Assembly (NCBI GenBank): GCA_973851085.1
Contig: OZ316776.1
Span: 13,578,001 to 13,642,000, forward strand
Reading direction: 5' to 3'
Length of the DNA stretch: 64,000 nt
DNA from: Ptychomitrium polyphyllum
Lineage: Eukaryota
This document shows positions 1-11,700 of the stretch, piece after piece. Positions within the stretch are counted from its first letter, which is position 1; each line of letters begins with the position of its first letter. Made by a program: the position numbers and the translations under genes. The notes under the pieces were generated by a model. That model saw only the letters and a program-made list of their open reading frames with translations, was not told the DNA's origin and made no database searches.

Positions 1-63
1 TCTTTGGAAGCTAATTCTTGGGAAACACTTTGTTTCTGCTTCTTGTTTCTTATGTCCCGAACA
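1..63 (+). repeat. 3' end (U5) of the 5' LTR of element A
   Basis: Near-identical to 5977-6039; ends ...TCCCGAACA (canonical CA). Confidence 0.93.
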
Positions 64-298
64 GTTTTGCAAGACTACTTTTCATCTTTGTCAGAGCTAA
101 GGTTCTTTGAAGAAGATTGTGGATTACCCATCTTCTTTAGGATTCCATAGCGTTTTAGAGGTTGCGGATTATCCTCTTCTAAGCTGGCACCATAGAGTTG
201 GTTTCTCCTTCTAGAATCAAATATTATTTCTTTTAAAGTACGTGGATATCCTCCTTTAAAGATACTCATACTCTTTCTGTCTTTGAGAGTCTTAAGAA

Positions 299-1317
299 AT
301 GGATAATGTGCCTGGAACATCAGAGAATAGGTATGCGACTATTGCAGTCTTTCAAGAATTATTAAACACAGTTCGAACAGAACTCGCTCGTTTTAATACC
401 ACCAACAATTTGGAGCAACACACTCGGCAAACTGAAGAATCCAATGCTGATATTCAAAGCCTATATCAAGAGGTTGTTCGATTGCGAGAGACTAATATTG
501 GAAGAAAAGGTTTCCGTTGAACCCACGCAGAGCCAAAGATTAGTATGCCAGACAAGTTTGATGGATCAAGATCGAAATTAAGAGGCTTTGTTCAACAAGT
601 AAGGCTCTTCTTTAGTTTGCATCAATCTCGCTATCCTGATGGCATTACGCAAGTGGGATTTGTGGCCACTCTTTTATCAAACAATGCACTATCATGGTTT
701 GCACCATTAATGGAGAAGCAGTCACCATTATTGAATAACTTAGATGCTTTTATAGAAGCATTGACAACTACTTTTGGAGACACCAACCGAGAGAGGTTTC
801 TGAGACAAGGATCTAGAGTCTCCAACAAGGGCAGTGCTCAGCTGCTACATATGCTGCAGAGTTTCGACAATTAGCTTGCGACCTTGATTGGATTGATAAA
901 GCCTTGGTCACAAGATTTTGATGGAGCTTAAGAGAGAATGTCAAGGATTTGCTACTCACAATGCCAAGAGTTGAAACATTGGACAAATTCATCACTCAAG
1001 CAATAGCATGTGACAATAGACTATTTGAGAGGCGCCAAGAACAACGCTTGAGATGGCAACCAGTACATCAAAGCATGGGTACCACTTCTTCAAGAGTATC
1101 CGAAAGTCGACCGCAAGGACCAGAACCTATGTAAATTGATGCTGCCCAGTTCAGACGCTTGGCTCTAAAAGAAAAAAAAAGGCGTCAAAGAGAAAACCTC
1201 TGCTTGTATTGTGGCAAGTCTGGATATAAAGTGCGCGACTGCCAAATCAAAGGATCTGCTTTTAAGGCTCAAAGCACAATGGTGGAGTTGGAAAACGAGG
1301 CTGTTCAGTCACAGTAG
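299..1317 (+). pseudogene. gag: gag of element A (coiled coil, capsid-like region, zinc knuckle), disrupted
   Basis: ORF pieces 299-520, 545-874 (MPDKFDGSRSKLRGF..., ALSWF) and 949-1134. Knuckle CLYCGKSGYKVRDC at ~1201-1242; gag stop TAG 1315-1317. Confidence 0.9.
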
Positions 1318-4300
1318 GAACCATGCGATTGGACACCACAAGGAAACCACCATCAAATCAAGGTCTCTTACTACCTTCAAATCCTACCTCTTGTTTTACA
1401 TTTCTTATCAAAATTAAATTGTTAGATGATGAAATAATTAGCGAGGCTCTCTTAGACACTAGTGCAATGGCATGTTTTATGGACAAGGATTTTGCAACCA
1501 AACATCACATGGTGCTTGTGAAGAAAAAATATCCCGCACCTGTTGAAGTTATTGATGGACGATTTCTTGTGTCTGGCAACGTTATTGAAGAAACTCAACC
1601 ATTGGAGGTTATTTTAGGAAACCAAGCATCTAAGATTGTCTTCAACATCATTCAATGCCGAACAAATCCTATTGTTTTGGGCCTTCCTTGGTTTGAATTA
1701 CATAATCCAGACATTGACTGGCGCTCACGGAGTGTGGTCTCATGGAAAAGACGCCAAGGTACGAGAAATCTTGGACCATCGCTTATTGGAGCTAAGGCAT
1801 TTATGAGAGCGGCGAAGGATGAACTAATCTATGCTATTTATACCACGCCAATGTCTAGCTCTACAATAGAGATTAATAAAAACATACCTCATCAATATCA
1901 AGATTATAAAGACGTTTTTGAAAAGAAGAATGCGGACATGTTACCAAAGCACCGGCCACACGATTGTAACATTGAGTTGCAAGAATGAGCCCAACCACCT
2001 TTTGGACCTATTTATAACTTATCACAAACTGAGTTGGCTGCCTTGAGAGAATATATTGATGAAAACCTTGGAAAGGGTTTCATTCAATATTCTAAATCAC
2101 CTGCTGGAGCACCCATTCTATTTGTAAAGAAGAAAGATGGATCATTACGTATGTGCGTGGACTATCGAGGCCTCAATAAAGTAACAAAAAAGAATTGCTA
2201 CCATTATCATTTATCTCAGGACTCCTACAACAACTTGGCCAAGCAAAGATATTCACCAAAATTGATCTTAGAGGAGCCTACAATCTTGTACGCATCAAAG
2301 AAGGAGACGAATGGAAGACAACTTTTCGCTCTAGGTATGGTCATTTTCAATACAATGTCATGCCTTTTGGCCTTACTAATGCTCCCGCAGTCTTTCAACA
2401 TATGATGAATGATATCTTCCATGAATATTTGGATGATTTTGTAGTCATCTACTTAGATGATATTTTGATATATTCAAAGAATGAACAAGACCACGAATGT
2501 CATGTACAAATGGTCTTAGAAAAACTACGCCAGCGAGGATTATATGCCAAATTGGAGAAGTGCCTTTTCTATGAATCATCGGTTGAATTTTTAGGCTATA
2601 TCATTTCTAAAGGAGGAATCCATATGGATAAGAAAAAATTAAGCACTGTCACGGAGTGGAGTACGCCAAGATCAGTTCGAGATGTTCAATGCTTCTTGGA
2701 ATTTGCAAACTTCTATAGCATATTCATCAAGAATTATTCCAAGATTGCGGCACTATTAACACGTCTTACGGGGAAGCAAAAATTCATTTGGGATGAAGAG
2801 GCGGAAAAAGCATTTCAAAGTCTTCAGAAGTCATTCACGTCGGCTCCAATTTTAATTCATCCAAATCCATCAAAGCCTTTTTATTTGGAAGCGGATGCCT
2901 CAGATTTTGCGCTTGGCACAGTACTCTCACAATATGATGAAGACGGGAGACTTCACCTTCTTGCCTTTCGTTCAAGGAAGTTCTCAGCGGCAGAGATCAA
3001 CTATGATATACATGATAATGAACTACTTGCAATTGTGGATGCGTTTGAAGAATGGCGACACTTATTGGAAAGAGCTCAACATACCATCACAATATACACA
3101 AGCCACAAAAACTTGAAGTATTTCATGAGTGCACGCGTTTTGAATCGCCGTCAAGCAAGGTAGAGTATGTCGCTTTCCAGATTTGACTTTGTCATTACCT
3201 ATCGATCTGGTAGCTTGCAAGGTAAGCCAGATGCCTTATCTCAAAGATCTTATTTAGCTCCTCAACCTGGAGATGATGTTTTGAATCAACAAAGGACTAT
3301 TTTATTGAAGCCTGAGAATCTTCAATTGAAAGCAGCCATTATTACGACAACATCCCATTTTGACGAAATTCGGAAGGCTTTAAAGAATGACGTTTTTGTT
3401 TCAAATATAAAGAAGCGCCTCAAAAACAATGGAAATCCTTCAAATAGCAATGAAGACTTTGAATTCCAAGAGGGCCTACTTTATTATAAAGGACTTTTGT
3501 ACCTACCTCCAGGCCCTTTGCGGTTGAAGATCCTTCAAGCACGTCATGATTTTCCAGCAGCAGGACATTTTGGATTCAATAAAACAATGGAATTGATTGC
3601 TAGAGACTATTGGTGGCCACAAATGTGGAAGTACGTAAAGGACTTTGTTTGATCATGCGACACTTGTGCAAGAGCCAAGGTACCAAGGCACCAACCTCAT
3701 GGTCTCCTCCATCCGCTTCCAGTGCCAAAGGACCCATGGTTGTCTTCATCAATGGATTTTATCACGGACCTTCCAAACTCCAATTCTAAGGATTCTATTT
3801 TGGTAGTGGTAGATCGATTTATAAAAATGGCAGATTTCATTGCATGCAATAAGACGGTAACGGGAGAAGAAACTGCCAAGTTGTTCCTAAATCACGTCTA
3901 CCGCATACATGGACTACCAGATGATATTGTATCTGATCGAGGGCCGCAGTCCATTTCCAACTTTTGGAGGGCTCTATTTCAGCTGTTGCGTGTAAAGATC
4001 AATCTTTCTTCAGCACACCATCCACAAACTGGTGGCCAAACCAAACGCGTGAATCAAATTTTGGAGCAGTACCTTCGTTGTAGCATAAACTACAAGTAAG
4101 ACAACTGGATGGACCTCTTGCCTTTGGCACAATTTGCTTACAACAATACGGTGCATTCTTCAACAATTCAACGTCCATTTTTTGCAAACTATGGCTATCA
4201 TCCTCGAACAAATCCATTTCAAGTGAAGCATGTTGGAAGTCCCGCAGCAGAAGATTTTGCAATTCAACTTGCTAAAATCCATCAAGAAATTACCTTCCAG

Positions 4301-4798
4301 TTACAACAAGCTCAAGATTGTTACAAAACTTATGCAGATCGCCATCGAAAGGACCATCCAAAGTTCAAGGTTGGAGATAGCGTATGGCTCCTACGACGAA
4401 ATATACAAACAAAAAAACCATCAAAGAAGTTGGACTATCAAAGGCTTGGACCGTTTGAAATCAGCAAACAAATAAATCTGGTTAATTACCGCCTAAAGCT
4501 ACCACCAAGCATGCAAATTCATCCAGTATTCCACGTATCGTTGTTGGAAACCTATAACAAATCATGTATATCAGAGAGAATTGTTCCTCGGCCTCTTCCG
4601 ATGGAAATCAATAATGAAATTGAATATGAACTGGAAGAGATCTTAGATTCATGCATCAAGAACGGACATGTGGAGTACCTTATACATTGGCAAGGATATG
4701 GCATCAATGGACGAACATGGGAACCTTCAACGATTGTAACAAACGCATCCGAGAAAGTACGCGAATTTCATGAAAGATATCCTCAGAAACCAGGTTAG
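1290..4798 (+). pseudogene. pol: pol of element A: protease, RT, RNase H, integrase, chromodomain (disrupted)
   Basis: LLDTSA protease site; [21 protein letters not shown] and YLDD (2450-2461) RT motifs; ADASDFA RNase H; GHFG, MDFITDLP, SDRGPQ integrase; GPF motif; EYELEEILD..EYLIHWQGY..TWEP chromodomain. Confidence 0.95.
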
Positions 4799-4989
4799 TG
4801 ATGATGTGTCATCAGCAGCCGTTAGCTTCACAGAGAAGTTTTTCCTTCATAGACAAGTATAAGAAGGGAAGATAGATATCCAAACCTCCAATTGTATGCA
4901 GCGTTATTTCCAAGATAGATCATTTCTAGATCCTAGCCAGTATGTCAAATCTTCGTGTTATTATGGATATGCGTGAAGAGTAGTCGGCC

Positions 4990-5400
4990 ATGCCTTCATC
5001 AACAACAGCATCTGTTGAGCCAACTCAACTTTCTCAACCCTCGGTAACGGAGGATCTAAGTCAAGATATGAGAGGGACATCCCAACGTAGAGTACGACCT
5101 CGTGCAGAAGTATTGACTAGTTGCCATTCACATTCCAGTCTTGATTCAGATACTCGCGCTCTAGTCATCTTGTTAGAAATTTAAAGAGTCACTCCTGGAG
5201 GACTCAAAATCTTGTTTGGAGGATGTTTTGAAGGACTTAATCAAGATCAGATCTTGGGATGAAACATTTCAACAACAGAAGTCTTGGCTGGTGGGCATCG
5301 GCGCTTCTTGCAAGGACCAGTTGAACCAGTGAACAAAGAACAACGAGCAGAGTATGTTGCTTCACTCCTTCGACAAATTTTGGAATTTGTGGAAATGTGA
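4990..5400 (+). pseudogene. Extra small ORF (ORF3) of element A, unknown function, two internal stops
   Basis: One frame from ATG 4990 to TGA 5400 with stops at 5182 and 5260; aligns at protein level with the positionally equivalent ORF of element B. Confidence 0.7.
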
Positions 5401-5455
5401 CAAGTAAGCCAAGAAAAGAGCTCCTCATGGGACTCGTCGCTAAAAGGGGAGGTGA

Positions 5456-6039
5456 TGTCACAGACATAAATCATGCAACATAGTCCTTAGGAAATTCTAG
5501 AACCTTCTAGTATACTAGAATAGTTTTTTAGAATACTTTTAGATATCTCCATAGCCTTTTTTATGTTTTTAGGAAGCTTCCCAAGAAAGTTCTCCCACCT
5601 TAAAAAACTTCTTAGGAAGGTTTTATCATCTTAGGTTACTTCCGAGGAAACTTCCTAAGAAGCTTCCGCTACCTTAGGAAACTTCCAAGGAAGGTTCCAA
5701 CCCCTTGGAAGCTTCCAAAGAAGGTTCCAATTCCTTGGAAGCTACTTAGGAAGGTTCCAACATCTTAGGAAACTTCTTGGGAAGGTTCCCTAGACTTCCA
5801 GAACATTCTTAAGCCTTGTAGGAAGCTTCTTTAGAAGTATCCTAGGAGATACAAACGTCATAGTATAAATAGGAGGCAAAACAAGGTATTCCTTAGTCTT
5901 GCCAACACAAGTTGTGGATCATCTTGAATCCTGCCTTGTTCTAGTCCTTGTATCAAAGTTCTTGTTAATCATTAGCTCTTTGGAAGCTAATTCTTGGGAA
6001 ACACTTTGTTTCTGCTTCTTGTTTCTTGTGTCCCTAATA
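5456..6039 (+). repeat. 3' LTR of element A (584 bp) with ~30-bp internal subrepeats and TATA box
   Basis: Starts TGTCAC right after the PPT; TATAAATA 5864-5871; homologous to solo LTRs at 27427 and 38805. Confidence 0.95.
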
Positions 6040-6887
6040 GCGTCCACCACCTACTTTTAAAGCCCACCAAATAAGATGCATTTCTTTGAAGACTCATCCA
6101 TTTTGAATGTGGCATTCATTTGGGCGTTGAAATCTTGCACAAAAGTCTTAAGCAATCTGGTGTGCCTCATTTGGACCAAGTTCATGCCCTTCCTCAATTC
6201 TTGGTAGTCCGGAGTGAAGCGTTCATTCAAAATCTCCTTAAAGCCGACCTAAGACAATGTTGCCACCAACTCCGGCTCTTGCTCCTTTTTACTTGTCCAC
6301 CATTGAAGAGCATGGTCTTTCAAAAAGGTCACCGCAATTGAAACTTTGTCCACCTCTTACGGCTTTTGAACATCATAATAATTATGCATTTCCAAAAGAA
6401 ACTCCTTCACCTTCCTCGCTTTACCTAGCCCAGAAAAAGTGCTTGGCATGTTCACCTTGGCCAACTTCTTGGTTGAAGATGAGGACTTGGAACATTGTGC
6501 CATCAAGTGTTCAATCAACCTCTCTTGACGGGTCCTTTCTTCTTTGCCACGCTTGAGTTTTTGGTTCATACCGTCCATGAACTCAAGCATTTTCATGCGA
6601 AAACTTAAGTCACGGTCTTGACTTTCTAGGCCCTCAGGTGGCTCATAAGTCCTAGCTCCTGAGTTCTGTCCACCCGCCAATGCTTCGTCTTGTTGAATTT
6701 CCTCAACTTCCTCGGTGATTCCAATGTCATTTCCTTGCTCATTGGAATCAAAGGATGGAGGCTCATTCATCGGATTGGAGTCTTTGTTTACCCTCGTATG
6801 TAGTCGTTTAGAGGCCTCGGGCTCACTGCCATCATTGGCCTTCTTCTTACACATAGCCTCCTCGCAACGTAGCACTTGGATATTCAT
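6040..6887 (-). pseudogene. gag: gag relic of a different Ty3/Gypsy element, truncated by insertion of element A
   Basis: ATG at 6887; ...MPSTFSG..KVKEFLLEM..., continuing past the stop as EVDKVSIAVTFLKDHALQWW...FKEILNERF (retrotransposon gag-like); ends at the element A 3' LTR. Confidence 0.75.
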
Positions 6888-6892
6888 AGCCT

Positions 6893-6904
6893 GCTCTAAT
6901 ATCA
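6893..6904 (-). promoter_or_regulatory. Degenerate tRNA-iMet primer binding site
   Basis: Minus strand TGATATTAGAGC versus canonical TGGTATCAGAGC (10/12), 2 nt after a ...GCAACA terminus at 6907. Confidence 0.7.
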
Positions 6905-6906
6905 AA

Positions 6907-8355
6907 TGTTGCAACCCTTGTAATGCACCTTAACAAGCGTCACGCGTGTCAACCTTGTATACTCCCACATGCACATGGTTAACCTCCATTCTCACTTTCC
7001 AAGTCTTTCTACCATTTCTCTTAGAACACTCAATTGATTGGTAGTCAATGGTTAGGTGCGGACTTTCATTCATGTCCAAGGCCTCACTTGGTATTACTCC
7101 CATTCCACACAGCTTAACCGCACTTAGTGGTGTCTCCTCACCACCACTCATGATCCTCATGTGATCCTAAGATCACCCCGGGCCATCATGGTACCGGCGT
7201 GAAGACACCACCCCAATTTAGTGGTAACAAGCGTACCCTTTTAAACGTGCTAGTTCCCTCCGTGAAACCGGCCATCTTCCAGCTCACAATGATGTGGAAG
7301 TTCCTGTAGTGAAGCTCCAACACTAACTCCACCAACTGGGACTCACCCTTGGTCTCTACCGGGACACTAAGGGAGTGGGGAGGGGGACCAGCCCTCCCCT
7401 ATAGTACTCTATGTGGGATTCGGCAGGCCCCTTGGCCCTCTGTAGCTGGCTGAACCCCAACACACCTAAAGTTTTGGAAGACCACCCGATCTCCCTTGGG
7501 ACTTAGCCGCTAAAAGACTCTGGGACTCCCAGCGGATCTTCAGGGAACCATATTTTCCTCATTCGGTGCCTGAATGTATTAAGCAACCACTCTATTGTCA
7601 TCTATTCTTTGCGTAGATGCTGATAAACTCCTCAAACGTCTAATTTGAGTTAGTATAGTGGGAGATACGCCTCTCCCAAGGTTTTGGACTCCCTGTGAGT
7701 CCCTCCCTGGGCTGTTCCAGTCCAGTACAGTCACTGTGTAGGGCTGCCACACTAGAACAACCCTTTGGCAACCCCAACTTTGAGATGCCATAACTTTTAG
7801 CTCCCTTGTCCGATTTGAGCAATCTTTAGCATTCTAGAATTAGCTCTTTGTGATTCCTCCAATGCCCGCAATTCATCCCTCGTGGCCCTCGGTTTACATG
7901 GACAAGGACGTTTCTCCTTTTAGGAGTCCTTCCCATGCTAGGCCGACTCGGTTCCCCTCACAATAGGCGCCACAAGTCCCGGACATCACTATGGGATCCC
8001 TCTTGTGCCCTTAGTGTTGCGGGCACTTCTCAAGGAGAGGTGCGCGACAGGTGGTATCTTCACTCCGGCACCATGATGGCCCGGGGTGATCTTAGGATCA
8101 CATGGGAATTATGAGTGGTGGTGAGGAGACACCTCTAAGCGCGGTTAGGCCGTGTGGAATGGGAGTAACACCACGTGAGGCCTTGGACATGAATGGAAGT
8201 TTGCTCCTAACCATTGGCTACCAATCAATTAGGTGTTCTAAGAGAAATGGTAGAAAGACTTGGAGAATGAGAATGGGGGTTGATCATGTGCATGTAGAGG
8301 TGTACAAGGTTGATGCGCCTGACGCTTGCTAAGGTGCATTACAAGGATTGTGACA
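6907..8355 (-). repeat. 1449-bp LTR-like unit with ~306-bp terminal inverted repeats (6907-7212 / 8050-8355)
   Basis: Left arm TGTTGCAACCCTTGTAATGCACCTTAACAAGCGTC is the reverse complement of right arm ...GACGCTTGCTAAGGTGCATTACAAGGATTGTGACA. Mirror ORFs at 6930-7160(-) and 8102-8332(+). TG...CA ends; PBS and gag adjacent. Confidence 0.85.
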
Positions 8356-8765
8356 GCTTTTGTCTTTTTGCATTGGAAGGAAATTTGGGAGGTGGAGATC
8401 TTGTTGAATTGCAAGTGGAAGTGATTTTATTTTGGAAGGCAATTGCAACTATTGCAGTTTTGTAGTTTAAAAAGAAAGCAATTATTAAAGTTCTTTAATT
8501 TTTAATTTTGTTTTAAAGGATTGTTGGGGTTGTAGTTACGAGTTCCCACCGTTCGTCCGCGTTCCCACCGTAAGCGCAGCTCCGGGATGGTGGAAGGCTG
8601 CGAGGCACGCAGGGTGAGCGCCCCCACTGCTAGCCTTCGTCGAGGCCGTCTTTCTGTCTGTCTGTGCACGCCTGTCTGTGCATCCTAAGCCCTAAACCCC
8701 CCCACGCGCTTAAAGCTTAAACCCCTCGGTCTTATCTTCTGCGTGCTCCCCTACTCACGCTCTGC

Positions 8766-11700
8766 ATGGCCATGGCTATGGCCCTCTCCTTCCCCGTCAC
8801 CCCGGCGCCCAAGTTTCCTTTTCTACGCGCCGCAGGAACAGCCTTGCCCCTGGGTGCGCGCATCTCCTCACCCTCGCTCACCCGCCCCCTCGTCACCGCT
8901 ACTGCGTCTGCGTCTTCGTCTGCTTCTGCGTCTGCGTCTTCGTCTGCGATGGATGTGCCTATCTCTGGCGACGATGATGACGAAGCCGACAATGGTGAAT
9001 TTTCTCCCATCTTGGAGTGTCACATTGAGCCTGAGCACCTCGTTGCGTGAAGCTTATGTGTATGTGATTCTGTGTTTGGTAACACCTGAGGTGCTAGTGA
9101 AGGAGTGTAGGAGGTGAGCGATTTAGCCCTAGAAGCAATCCTGGCTTGCTTTCCTACACGTCGTGGGGCGATATAACTGGGAAGAGTGCTTGTTGAGTTG
9201 CAGAGGTTACGCTTTTGGATTATGGAGCTGGGAATGTGCGGAGTATCCGGAATGCTATCCATCTACTTGGCTTCAAAATTCGTGAGGTTATTCTCTTCGT
9301 CCGTCGTGTAGCCAGCTTTGGAATAGCACAGCAGATTTCTTTGAAGTGTTCCGGAAGCCCGGTGAATTCTTGAAGCCATTATTCTTGAGATCATTTGCTG
9401 GAGTTGAGGAAATAACCTGTGGGTGGTGGTTGTCTAGGTTAATGAGCCCCAAGACATAGACAAGGCAAAGAGGTTAATTTTTCCAGGTGTTGGCTCCATC
9501 CGATCTGCCATGGAAGTGTTAAATGCGAAAGGGTGAGTGTCTAGCTGTTCATGGTCATTTTGCTGTGCTGGCTGAGTTTCGCCCCTCGAGGCGAAGTTGC
9601 ATATTTTCATGTTCACAGTAGTTCATGTGAATTATGGATATTACTCTGCATCTTGTCTGAGATAGGAAATGATTCTTCAAGATGCTGGTTTAAAACTATA
9701 CTAGATACGTTTTGGGGTTGATATTACAATCACGATGCAATTTCACCTCAATCATTCTGCATTCCGTGTACCCAGGATGGCAGAGCCGCTCGTAGCTTAC
9801 ATCAAACAAGATCGGCCATTTCTTGGTATCTGTCTGGGATTGCAGCTCTTGTTTGAGCGCAGTGAGGAGGGCAACTGTGGTACGGTTTCTCTCTTTAGCA
9901 GCCCGCGTTTCTGATTCTTGAGCCTTAACAGTTTCATGGAATGTGATTGAACTACTATAGCAATCCTGAATACTATTTCACAACCCTGAAGAGATTTTGC
10001 AAATATTTTATTCTTGACATTCTTTAATTTGTTACAGTAGATTTCAAGAGCATCAAGATATCAACCAATTCGCCGAGAGCTTTTTGATGAGTGTATAACG
10101 GAGGGCAGTGGGTTGGGTGCAGAGCAGACGGACTTGGCATAATACCAGGTGTGGCTGGACGTTTTGACTCTTCGACGGGACTATGTGTGCCACATATTGG
10201 ATGGAACGGATTACAGCTTCAGCAGCCCTCTACCTCTTTGTTAGAAGGTGTTAAAGGCCGTCACGTGTACTTTGTGCACTCATATCGGGCTACACCTGTA
10301 TGTGGTTATACTGGTCTCAACTGAAGGTTCTGTTTGTCATAGTTGAACTATGTATGAAAAGATAGTATAGTTGTCAAAATGTTTATTATGGCTCGAAATT
10401 GGAGTAGGAATGCAACACATACGGCTCAGTTACCAAGGACTGGCAAATGGGCATGGTTTGTGCAGACTGAGGAGAACAAGGATTGGGTCTTAGCAACAAG
10501 TAATTATGGTGTTGATTTCATCTCAGCTGTTCGAAAGAGTAACGTTTATGCAGTTCAGTTCCATCCAGAGAAAAGTGGGGGTAAGTCCTTCTCATCTTCA
10601 TTGGGGTTCAAACAACCTTAGAATGACTTAGTGCATGTTGGAGTATTTTGAAGTTGTCCAGCACATTCAACTTTGTGTGTCTGTTCACTTATCGACATAA
10701 TCTTTCTGGCTTTTTTGATACTTTAGCAGTACGGAAGACATTTTACTGTGTATTTGCATTTGAAAGTAGCCGCTTCCCGAGTCCTGATGACCAGTTTGTG
10801 AAATTGAATTAAGTTTGAGCTCAACTCGGAGCTTGTAGTGTAATTCAATATCCAGGGATTTCTGCAGCATAGATCTAATTAATCATATTTTAGTAAATAT
10901 TATCATTGATATGCTTTTCCGTACCTAGAAGCATCGATTTCTTCCATTACTCGATATGCTAATGACCGTATTCTCAGAATGTAGGGTTGTTTGTATGGGT
11001 CTGCAGTTGTAGGCTTAGATATTGTTCGAAGGTTTCTTGGAGGAAACCACTCTAAAGCTGCACAGGTACTGGATTACTTATCTTGGTTACTTTTTTGCTC
11101 AGATATATTGTCATGTGATAGACGTGATATTGTTTTTGTGAGGTCTGCGTCTCTTCAGCCCAAGAAGTTTTCAATCCCTTACTACATGTGTATCCTATGT
11201 CACCAGGATGTGGAACGATTGGCAAATGAGTGTATCAATAAGCCAGCCACCGCACTTGCAAAACGAGTAAGGGCGCTGTTCTGGGGAGTGCTCAACATTG
11301 AAGCTGTGTTCAGTGTGTGAAAGCCCTTTGGCTTTTGGGATTTTGTGTTCAAAGAGCCCACCTATTGATTTCTTGGAGATTGGAACTATTGAAAGTTAAC
11401 TGTCGTGATGTCGTGTATGATGGCAGGTTATTGCTTGTCTTGACGTGCGAAGTAACGACACAGGAGACCTTGTTGTGACTAAAGGTGATCAGTATGATGT
11501 CCGAGAGCAGTCTTCGGCACGTGAGGTGAGCATAATGCCTTGGTGAAGTTGTGAATTCTATGCAGATTTAAGTATACCTATTTTTCGGGCCTGACAAGAA
11601 GATTTGCAAAAAAATTTGAAGTTTTCATTGTCAAGTTTGTGGTATTTTACTAGATCAGACTTAGATCTTATTCAATGGCTAGGCCTCCATTGGAATTTTT

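Larger units (their letters stand above)
1..6039 (+). mobile_element. Ty3/Gypsy chromovirus (Tcn1/Tf1-sushi-like) LTR retrotransposon, element A; decayed, 5' LTR cut by the window start
   Basis: Order is LTR tail (1-63), gag, PR, RT, RNase H, integrase, chromodomain, PPT (AAAAGGGGAGGTGA 5442-5455), 3' LTR (5456-6039). Bases 1-63 match the last 63 nt of the 3' LTR with 3 differences. Several stops and frameshifts. Confidence 0.95.

Noticed and set aside
5530..5830. Regularly spaced palindromic repeats resembling a CRISPR array
   Set aside because: No unique spacers or cas genes; they are tandem subrepeats inside an LTR in eukaryotic DNA.
6930..8332. Two near-identical 76-aa ORFs on opposite strands as a duplicated gene
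   Set aside because: They are translations of the two inverted-repeat arms; no protein motif.
8904..8948. (GCGTCT)n microsatellite in HISN4 exon 1
   Set aside because: Encodes an Ala/Ser run in the transit peptide; a common feature.
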